Source: Ginkgo biloba
Taxonomy: Eukaryota > Plantae > Ginkgophyta
DNA length: 22,110 nt
Direction: 5' to 3'
Assembly: GCA_024626585.2 (NCBI GenBank)
Contig: JANKJI020000002.1
Span: 79,679,215 to 79,701,324, forward strand
Positions 11,062 through 21,165 of this stretch are shown in pieces. The notes under the pieces were generated by a model, which saw only the letters and a program-made list of their open reading frames with translations, searched no databases and was not told where the DNA came from. The position numbers were made by a program, and so were the translations under genes. Within the stretch, counting starts at the first letter, position 1. Each line of letters starts with the position of its first letter.

Positions 11062-11850
11062 TATGTCCCATTATAATTATTTCATTCTTACTAATTCATT
11101 CACTTAGGATTAATCTTGATAAATATGTTGATGGAAAAAGCACCATAGTATGATGATGAGGCAGTAGGATTTTAGATCTAGTTCATGGAGAAGTTTTGGA
11201 TTTGCCTAAAATTAAGTCTTCTTATGTATTCAATTATAAATATGATTCACATTTTGTAAGTTATTAGTGACTGGGTTCATGTCTATTTTCCTATCACTAG
11301 GTAATTGGTAACTAAAAGTCACTAGTATATTATGTATGTACCAATTACTTGATGACCATGATAACAATCAATATAATATATAGTTATGATATAACTATCA
11401 CGATTAACTATTCCAACTATAAGAGATGATGTATAAATACCTTATATTTATAATAAATAAATTAGATAGATCTTATTGTTTAGGACTTATTTATTTGTTG
11501 GTGTTTGTAGAAGGGACCCTGTAAGGCTAATAATTGATGGTTGTACTTATAGGTAGGAATTGAAGAATTACATTTGTTTAGATTCTATTATTTAATTAAG
11601 TTTAATAGATAGATACTCTGAGTTGTGATAGGGAAAGAAATATTGATTATTAGTTACTTTGACTCTTTTTTTCTTCCCTCACAAGCTCATATGATTCATT
11701 TGATACCCAACCAATCATTTAGGTAATTATGTCGACTAGGTTATATCTAATTTCTTTTCCTTTTGAGAAGTTTCATACTAGGGTATAGTTCACCCTTATT
11801 ATGATCTTTGGATCATTAGTGGTAAAAGTTTCCTTCCTCTCTCACCATCA
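11062..11850 (+). repeat. 3' LTR of element 2 (left end in a gap, projected ~11049)
   Basis: Direct repeat of 9070-9730 with a ~20 bp deletion. Ends ...CTCACCATCA, the inverse of the TGATGG start. Confidence 0.75.
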
Positions 11851-12422
11851 AATGTTACTGATTAACATGGATTGATAATTTAATGTATTATTGATGTTTA
11901 AATAACCACCAATGGTACTAATATATGAAAAACTAGATGTATACCTTCAGGTACTATGATCAATATAGGAATTGTTATCATCGAAGATGGAGCCATATAT
12001 GAAAGTGTGAAAAATAATGATGAAGATGAAGTTCCTATAAAATGAGTTATATAGGCTAAATAAAATTGAACTGAGGGTTTCTATTAAGAAGTGGTGAAAA
12101 GAGTATTTGACCAAATGCTCAAAGATGATGGGAGAATTAGAGGTAACTATATTATAGAAGATAACTAATAGGACAACTGGGTAAGATCTAGTGATGCCTC
12201 CAATCCTGTTGAATTATAAAGTGAAATAATTTATTCTTTTAGAAGAATCCCCCTAAGTTGATGGATATCTCTTATAGATCACTAATAGATATATTATGAG
12301 ACCATATTGCTCAAAATAAANNNNNNNNNNNNNNNNNNNNNNNNNNNNNNNNNNNNNNNNNNNNNNNNNNNNNNNNNNNNNNNNNNNNNNNNNNNNNNNN
12401 NNNNNNNNNNNNNNNNNNNNTT

Positions 12423-13450
12423 TGTAGTATATTTCACATACTCACCTGCACACAAAGCACCCTTCACACACACATTCATGTGTTTGAGGTACTCCAAGGA
12501 ATAGCCCTATGCCTCCTATTTGTTTGTGCCAATTATTTTGGTTGAGTTGGGAGGATAAGATCTATTCTCTGGTCTACAATGGGTAAATTAGACAGGGAAT
12601 GTTATCTAGTGGAAATCAAATTCGATTCAAGGAAGGTGGCTAACCTTTAGATAATATAATCATCTTCTTATTTCTCTTTGTCTAAGTCAATTCCCACTAA
12701 TGTAGTAGCAAATCATTTAAGGATCGAAATATCTCTTAATCCTTGACCATCATAAATTTGATTTGATTTGGTTTCTTTTAATAGGAAATTATTAAGCATA
12801 GAAATTACCATACGATAACATATTAGCTAAGAATTATGTTTCCAACATTCAATAACACAAATTAAACCACACCAACTCATAGAGTAGATTACAAATGCTC
12901 AAATTACTCTTATTAATATAAGAATAAATAAACAAGACTACATATAAATGAAATCTAAAATAAATTGCTTAAATAAGTTAGATACACTCATAGAGATAAT
13001 CAAAATTTGTAATAATAAGAGCTATATTTTTATTAAAAAAATTCTATGAGCATAGCCATGGAATCATATTTGATAATTAGTAGGATATTATGGGATTCTT
13101 CTTAGGATTTGAGACTTAACTCTAAGCACTAACGATAAATATATATTACATCCATAAAATAAAAATTATAGGATATTCTAATAAATCTTATAGAAGACTC
13201 AAGGAACAAACTCTACACTTCTTACTTTTTATCCTTATCTCTTATTACAATTCAAAAATCTATTTTTTAAAAATCCTAAATCCCTTTTACAATTTAAAAT
13301 TTAAGAATATATATTTGTAAAATAGGTTCAAGGTGTTAATTTGTTAACCATATCCATCAAAATTTAGTTGAATTTTCTATTAAAAATGACCTTTAATTAT
13401 TAAAGGAATTCAAACTACAAGTTTCCCATCATCTCACAACATCTTCCTTA
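12423..13450 (-). mobile_element. LTR-like non-coding segment with a possible terminus (...GTGCAGGTGAGTATGTGAAATATACTACA on the minus strand)
   Basis: Starts TGTAGT on the + strand, is non-coding, and continues without a gap into ORF copy A. There is no second copy in the window, so the call rests on terminus and context only. Confidence 0.3.
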
Positions 13451-13479
13451 TAGACGAAAACTATATAATTAAATTATAT

Positions 13480-16391
13480 TATTTTATATTTATGGTTGAA
13501 CTAGTCGATATTGATGCTTATATTGATGGTGATACTTTACATGGAGGCATTAAAATGATATCTTCAAGTTTTATGAGGATTATAGAAAAGAAGGGAAGTA
13601 TTGATGCTTGATCAACTATAGTAACACTAGACATCCCTAGTGAATCCCTTAATATCTATCAAATGGTAAACATAGACACATCTTTATCTAAGTTTCACTC
13701 TTCATCATATATAATAAGGAAATCATTATTTTATACTTCCATAATACTTTTAGTTATAGGTTACTTTAAAAGAGGAGCATCTTGATCAAGTGAGACTACT
13801 AGTGATAGAGAAATTATTAGTGTCCTACTAAGGTGCCACTATATGTCAATAGGAGTTTCCTACTAAAGTATGAGTTAATGAATACACTATGGATGGAAAT
13901 AACACTAGATCTAATGTTATTGTTGAAATAACACTAGTTATCAATGCTTGACTCACATGTACTACTGTTATCAATGGAGATAATGGTAGACTAGTAGATG
14001 GAATTTATTTTTAATTAAGAGATTATTCGAGTGTAATTTCAACTAAGTTTAATTTTGAAATACTTCCATAATTCCCAACTCATATTTTTATAATAAGGGT
14101 AGGGAATCCAAGTCTTCTATATTTTTGTATCATTATTAATCCTTATAGAACATGTGACTATTGTATGCCATAATATAAATGTTTATTAGAGATTCAGACT
14201 TATTTATACGTTGAGTAGAATTAGCCTACTAGTCCTAGAGGACCCTTGTATGATTTATAAAAGTTAATGATAAGGTACATACTTCTATTTCTCTTCACTT
14301 GGATGCTTAATCTAATATTAACTATTTAGACTAATCAATAGTAATGGAGAATTGTATCATCAAGTAATTTCATTCTACCTTCTAGAAACTTCACATTGAT
14401 AACTCTAAGAGATATTATAGTTATTAATACATCCATATCATCCATTTTAGATTTTATAGTTAGATTCCTTAAGAATATGATTACTTAATCCTACTTTACC
14501 TTTTCTATAGATACTACTATCTTCTTTCTGGAATCCTGTATAATTAAGGGTAACACTACCTTGAGAATGTCTCATTCCTATTGGAGGAATTATAATTGGG
14601 CATTATATCCACTAATATTTCCCTTTGGATGATGGAATTGTATCCTATACTAATTAATATGGGTAGTAACCTATAGATCTATGAAAATTGATGATAACAG
14701 TAGGGTAGAACTAATGTATTAAGGGAATTACTATAAGGGTTTAATTCATTAGACCCTCAATTGCCAACTAATTGTCTATTTTTGTGACTCACTACTTGAG
14801 TTATATAGATGAACCCACTATCAACTAACTAGTATAGTGAGTCATCATAGAGCCTTTGATAATTTTTAAGGTGGGCTGAAACTAAACCTTATACTTTTCT
14901 TTGATATTTTGAAGTGTTAGTGGATGGATATAAGTGTCCCTAGTGAGGTCAATGCCATCCTAAAGCATGTCATATTCAAAACTTCTTAACCACTAGTCCC
15001 TAGGGACCTCAATGGCCAATAGTTATTGTGATTTAGAAGGATAACCTAAAAGTATCATCCTCATTAAATAAGGACTAGAATATGAAGAAGGTTGAGATTT
15101 AGTGGACATTGGAACTATTTGAGTGATTTGTGAAGTAATCAACACTAAAGTTTATATGATTGAAGAAGTTATTGATGTCAAAATTCTATAAGGAATAGTC
15201 TCAGAGAAAATTACTACACCTAATCCTATTATTTTTCCCTCTTTTAGGACTTTATTTTTTATCTTAGGAGGAACTAGTGATCTATGCTCTTCCACCAATG
15301 ATATCATGGACATACTAGAAAATTTCTTGTTTGTCATAAGGCCTTCTTTAGTGACTAGGATTTTCACTTTTATGATTTGAATTAGTTATGGTGGACAATC
15401 TGGGATAGTGGAATTAGGATCCTAATACCAAGCCTCCACCAAGTTTTGGAGCCATGAATGTTTCTATTAGGGGGAGATGATTTTATTGTTGATTTTAACT
15501 TTACAAATTTCCACATTGATAGAATATGTTCAAGGATTAAGTTATAGCACCAATTTATTCATATTAGAAATCTTATCCTTAATTTATCCCTCTAAAGTCT
15601 AAAAGGTAATGACATTTTAGCTGGCCTTTAAGGTAGAATTTATCCCCTTATATTACATCATCCTATTCTATATTCATCCATTTATTCTTGACACAATTCA
15701 ATAATGAGGTGGTATTATCTATCCTATCATTTAAGGTATGCATTTGAGTGAAAGAAAATTTCTTCAAGGAGGTAATTGATATTTTCTTGTACTTATCAAT
15801 GTGTTGTATGTACCTATACCCTAAACCTAGGTAATAAAATTGAATCAACCTAGTATGGCCTCTTAATTAAGTCCATGGCTATAATATACATGAATGATAG
15901 AGATAGAAAATATTGGCCAGACTATTAAGTCATCATGAAAAACTCGTTAAACCGCATTGTATACCATTTAACCCAATTAAAGGCATCTCCTAAGGTTACA
16001 TGGGAAATTAGTGTTTCCCATTGCACCTTCAGGTAAATTATTACCCCTCCACAAGCCAAACTTTTCATTAAGATCTGATCAGCCCACAACTTGGTTGGGT
16101 TAGTGATAAATGAAATAGTGAACCCGTTAGACTATTTATATACCTTTGACTCAATCTTTCCTAAAAATAAGATCTCATAAATCTTAGCATTATTCATGTC
16201 TTCCCTTCTCCTTAGGGTCCATCATTCTCCCATAATATGGGAGACCTAATACAAATTCAAATGCTTTATCATTAATGACCAACCTTATACTCCTTATGTA
16301 GAGGTTATCTATCTTGAATCGATGTAAAATCTCCACCAATGTTAGATAATCCATATGGATTATTAACATCTCTACTATATCTACTAATAGT
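13480..16391 (-). pseudogene. Degenerate long accessory ORF, copy A (>=2.9 kb): PMD-like N-terminus followed by unrecognised domains
   Basis: HMDYLTLVEILHRFKIDNLYIRSIRLVINDKAFEFVLGLPYYG (16229-16360) and LGDAFNWVKWY (15961-15993). ORF-track pieces 15663..15848 and 15152..15367 are surviving fragments. Colinear with copies B and C. Confidence 0.7.
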
Positions 16392-16491
16392 NNNNNNNNN
16401 NNNNNNNNNNNNNNNNNNNNNNNNNNNNNNNNNNNNNNNNNNNNNNNNNNNNNNNNNNNNNNNNNNNNNNNNNNNNNNNNNNNNNNNNNNN

Positions 16492-18715
16492 TGGAGATGC
16501 TAAAGTTAGTTCCTCAAGTATTATGAGGAATAGCCAAACAAAGGGAGTGTTGATGCCTAGCCAACTATAGTAGCACTATATGTCCCTAGTGAATCCCTTG
16601 AGATTTTTCAAATGGTAAAGTTGGACATATCTTATTAACATTTCAATTATTTATCATGTAAAATAGGGGTATATGGATTCAATTATGCCTATCACTCTAA
16701 GTTGTGGGTTCATTTAAAAGAGGAGCAACGTATGAAGGTGAGGTTGGTGGTAATAATAAAATAATTAATAATTGAATAAGAGACCCAAATTAAAGTGTTA
16801 TTATATATAGAGATGAAGGGCATAATAATGTAGGAGATTAGGGATCCGATATATATAGTGATANNNNNNNNNNNNNNNNNNNNNNNNNNNNNNNNNNNNN
16901 NNNNNNNNNNNNNNNNNNNNNNNNNNNNNNNNNNTGATTAACTCATAAGTATTACTACTAGTAGTGGAGATAATAGGAGAGTAGTACATTTACCTTCTCT
17001 ATAATCTAGAGATTGAGGGAGTGAAACTTTGGACAAATTTAATTATGAATATACTTATATTTATCCCCACTCATATAGATATAATAGATCTAGGTCATAT
17101 AAGCTTGCTTCTATTTCTTTTATCATCATTGATACTTATAGCATATGTGACTATTGTAAGGCATGATTAAACTCTTTTATTAGGGATTAGATATTCTACA
17201 TATGTCGAGTGACATATCCCTACTAATCCCTAAGGACCCCTACATACTTTGGAAAAAATATTGATAGAATGAATGCCTTTATTAATTTTTCCTTATCATC
17301 TTATTCCTAGGTTGACTATTAAGACTAATTATTATAAGTGACCACTTGTATCATTATGTACTTGAATTCTACCTTCTACAACCCAAAATTGACAACTATG
17401 CCAATTATTATGGTTATTAGTACAACCAACTCATCCATTATATATTTGAAAATAAAATCCCTCAAGAGTATGGATTGACACTCCTCATTAACATTATCCC
17501 TAGCTACTATTATCCACCTTTTGTCCTCCTCCATAATTGAGACTGGCATTTCCCTTAGTGTATCTTGTTCTTATTGGATGACCTAAAGTTTAGAATTATA
17601 GATTCTAATATTTTCCTTGAGATGATATAATTATGTATACTAATAAATATAAGAAGAATCATATGAATCTATGACCATTGGTGATGATACTAGGATAGAT
17701 GTTAATCCCTTTTGGAAATACCTATAAGTCTTCATTTCATTGGGTCCCTTAGTGATAGATAAAGGAACCCTAATATTTAGAGTTTAATTAGTGACTTTGA
17801 TATTTACCTTTAGTAATTCTATGGATTTATTTAAGTCTATCATTTCTTTCTTATGCATATTTTTATATACTACCAAGTTATCTTCTAGCTTTGTGACGAA
17901 TTGTATGAGTTTTATGGTTGAACCCTTGACTAATAAATTGATTAAGAAAGTTGATATATAGCCTTTGATAATTTATAAAATGGGTTTAAATTGACCCTTA
18001 AGATTTTTTTTAATCTTCTACATAATTATTGGATGGGAAAAAGTAATCCTAGTGAGGTTAATACCAACTTGAAGTTCATCGACTTCAAATTTGCTAACCG
18101 TTGGTCTCAAGGGATCTAAATGGCCAATAGTAATTATGATCAAGAATGTTCCCCTAAAATAATTGTTATCATCAAAGAGAGTATATAGGATGAAATATTT
18201 TAGGATATTATGGAGGTTGGCTTTGTTTGAGTAACTTGTGAGGGCAGTCAACATTAAAGTATGTATGATTGGAGAGGTTGATGATGTTATAAGTTCTAGG
18301 GGAACAATCCTAGAGGAAATTATCTACACTTGGGCTTGCTTCCTATCCCTTTTTTAGTTCCCAAAATACACTATAAAATTATTATGGATAGCCTACTTTC
18401 TCTTAGGTATGACCAATTATCTATGCTCTACCACTAATGATGTTATGGATGACTCAATAAACTTCTTCTTTATTGTCAAGTCTATTTTAGTAGCTAATAT
18501 TTCTACTTTCATGAATTAAATTGAACATGGTGGATAATATAAGATAGTGACATTGTGATCCTAAGAATGAGACTCCACTAAGTGTTATATCCATACCCAC
18601 TACTATTAGAGATATATAGGTGGCTCTTATACATTAACCTCATGAATGGCCACATGGCTAGCATAGGTCTGAGGATTAAGTTATATCACTACTTTCTTTA
18701 TTTTGAAAATATTAG
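16492..18715 (-). pseudogene. Degenerate long accessory ORF, copy B (C-terminal ~two-thirds)
   Basis: Colinear with 13542-15575 (e.g. TCCCTAGTGAATCCCTT..TCAAATGGTAAA at ~13634 and ~16583). Protein-level matches: KVEILATKIDLTIKKKFIESSITSLVVEHR vs KVKILVTKEGLMTNKKFSSMSMISLVEEHR, and FEVDELQVGINLTRITFSHP vs FEYDML*DGIDLTRDTYIHP. Confidence 0.72.
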
Positions 18716-19310
18716 GCACTTCCTTTTCCCTTATTAAAAAATTTGTTCAAAGTTGCAAAGACTTGCGAACTCTTACAGCCTCTCGTGAACTCATGAAGGT
18801 CTATGAACTCGTGTGAATTTTCATGCTCTAATGGGACTTCTCACCCTCTCATGATTCTTGTGAACAATCATGAAAACTTATGAACCATCATTCACCCACA
18901 TAAAGTATTGTAAATTTTGACAAAGTGTTGGCAAAATGAAGTAACTTTTAAAGTTTAACATGCAAATTTTAACTTTAAAGATTTTAAGTTAAGACTTAAA
19001 GTTTTAAAATTTGAAAATAAAAGGAATTACCCCATCCTAAGATGTATTTTTGTGGTTTTATAAAAATCTTACATCACATGAAGAATTTGTATCTAAAATA
19101 TTTTTTGGTTACAAGAAAATAGACAATTTTCTCTAGTTTTCAGGTAGCTACAACTTTTTCAATAACTTTTTATCCACAAATCCATTTTTAGGGTCATTTT
19201 AAATCTTATTGGAAAGGCTATAATTCTTCCCTAATGGACCTTTTGTTGAAATTAAACAAATTTTATTCAAATTTGACCTCAAGTTGGATTTTTATTAAAA
19301 TTGACAAAAA
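18716..19310. mobile_element. Unrelated non-coding repeat-like insertion truncating ORF copy B
   Basis: Homology to copies A and C stops abruptly near 18712. Clustered short (GAA)CTC(G/A)TGAA-like motifs at 18760-18890 are followed by an AT-rich tract. Confidence 0.45.
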
Positions 19311-20266
19311 NNNNNNNNNNNNNNNNNNNNNNNNNNNNNNNNNNNNNNNNNNNNNNNNNNNNNNNNNNNNNNNNNNNNNNNNNNNNNNNNNNNNNNNNNN
19401 NNNNNNNNNNNNNNNNNNNNNNNNNNNNNNNNNNNNNNNNNNNNNNNNNNNNNNNNNNNNNNNNNNNNNNNNNNNNNNNNNNNNNNNNNNNNNNNNNNNN
19501 NNNNNNNNNNNNNNNNNNNNNNNNNNNNNNNNNNNNNNNNNNNNNNNNNNNNNNNNNNNNNNNNNNNNNNNNNNNNNNNNNNNNNNNNNNNNNNNNNNNN
19601 NNNNNNNNNNNNNNNNNNNNNNNNNNNNNNNNNNNNNNNNNNNNNNNNNNNNNNNNNNNNNNNNNNNNNNNNNNNNNNNNNNNNNNNNNNNNNNNNNNNN
19701 NNNNNNNNNNNNNNNNNNNNNNNNNNNNNNNNNNNNNNNNNNNNNNNNNNNNNNNNNNNNNNNNNNNNNNNNNNNNNNNNNNNNNNNNNNNNNNNNNNNN
19801 NNNNNNNNNNNNNNNNNNNNNNNNNNNNNNNNNNNNNNNNNNNNNNNNNNNNNNNNNNNNNNNNNNNNNNNNNNNNNNNNNNNNNNNNNNNNNNNNNNNN
19901 NNNNNNNNNNNNNNNNNNNNNNNNNNNNNNNNNNNNNNNNNNNNNNNNNNNNNNNNNNNNNNNNNNNNNNNNNNNNNNNNNNNNNNNNNNNNNNNNNNNN
20001 NNNNNNNNNNNNNNNNNNNNNNNNNNNNNNNNNNNNNNNNNNNNNNNNNNNNNNNNNNNNNNNNNNNNNNNNNNNNNNNNNNNNNNNNNNNNNNNNNNNN
20101 NNNNNNNNNNNNNNNNNNNNNNNNNNNNNNNNNNNNNNNNNNNNNNNNNNNNNNNNNNNNNNNNNNNNNNNNNNNNNNNNNNNNNNNNNNNNNNNNNNNN
20201 NNNNNNNNNNNNNNNNNNNNNNNNNNNNNNNNNNNNNNNNNNNNNNNNNNNNNNNNNNNNNNNNNN

Positions 20267-21051
20267 TCCCCTAGTCAGTGGGAAGGGAATACATGGTAGA
20301 TGTTAATTGGATTAATGACTTTTCATCCACCTTCCTAGTCCATAATTAGACAAGATGAACCAACCAAGGAAGGGAAATCATATTTATTATATTTTATGTT
20401 TCTCTATCTAGTAAGAAGTGTTTGACTAGGGAAGACAATACATGCTAGATGTTGATTTTCCAAATGTCTTGTTAATAATCTCCCTAGTCCCTAGTGAGAT
20501 AAGGGGAACTAAGAAAAGAAATGAAGGAATATTTATTTGATTATATTATTCCTTAGCCAATGGAAAGTGATCGAATAGGAAAGGGAATACATGTAAAATT
20601 TTAATTCACCAAATGTCTTATCAACCATTTCCTTAGTTCTTGGTGATTTGAGGCAACTCAACTATGGAAGGAAAGATATATTCCTTAATTCCTTGGGAAA
20701 TAGGAAGTGTTAGACCAAGAAAGGGCATATTTGGTAGATGTAAATTTACTAAATATGTTATTATCCATTTCCTTGATCTCTAGTGATCTGGGGTGATCCA
20801 ACTAGGGAAGGGATGGAATATTCATTAAATTCCTTAATTCCCTAGCCAATAGGAAGCAATCAAATAGGAAAGGGAATATGTGGTAGATACTAATTTTCCA
20901 TATATATTTTTATTAACTTAATTGGTCCTTAGTGAGTTGAGGTGACCTGACTAAAAAATGGAAGGCATATTCCTTATATTTCCTAATTCCCTAGCCAATG
21001 AGAAGCTCTCAAACAAGGAAGGGAATGTGTGGAAAATAATGATTTTACTTT
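20267..21051. repeat. Tandem array 3 of a ~149 bp unit (>=5 units, left end in a gap)
   Basis: Anchor motif at 20379, 20528, 20677, 20817 and 20966 (spacings 149, 149, 140, 149). Confidence 0.92.
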
Positions 21052-21165
21052 AGGGTTATGTATGGAGTAAATTTATGATAAAATATAAGTCAATTATTCT
21101 TCAAATTAAGATAATTCTAATTAAATTATCTCCTAATGCACCTTAATACAAAATTCATATTAACA
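21052..21165. mobile_element. Conserved cap after array 3, ending ...CATATTAACA; probable LTR terminus
   Basis: Matches 2129-2249 and 3125-3243 with the same endpoint. Confidence 0.7.

Larger units (their letters stand above)
9058..11850 (+). mobile_element. Second Ty3/Gypsy element: LTR - [unknown-size gap] - integrase - 3' region - LTR
   Basis: A direct-repeat pair (offset ~1990) flanks a plus-strand integrase. Candidate termini are TGATGG (9058) and CCATCA (11845-11850). Flanks are AATGGT and AATGTT. Confidence 0.75.

Noticed and set aside
13480-18715. Recent tandem duplication or haplotype duplicate
   Set aside because: The copies differ by many substitutions and indels (roughly 70% identity by eye) and are joined across an unknown-size gap.
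20267-21051. Coding repeat (e.g. 50-aa or LRR-type units)
   Set aside because: The dominant spacing is 149 bp (also 140, 151, 121), mostly not multiples of 3. Plus-strand frames contain stops, and the ORF track shows no ORF within the arrays.
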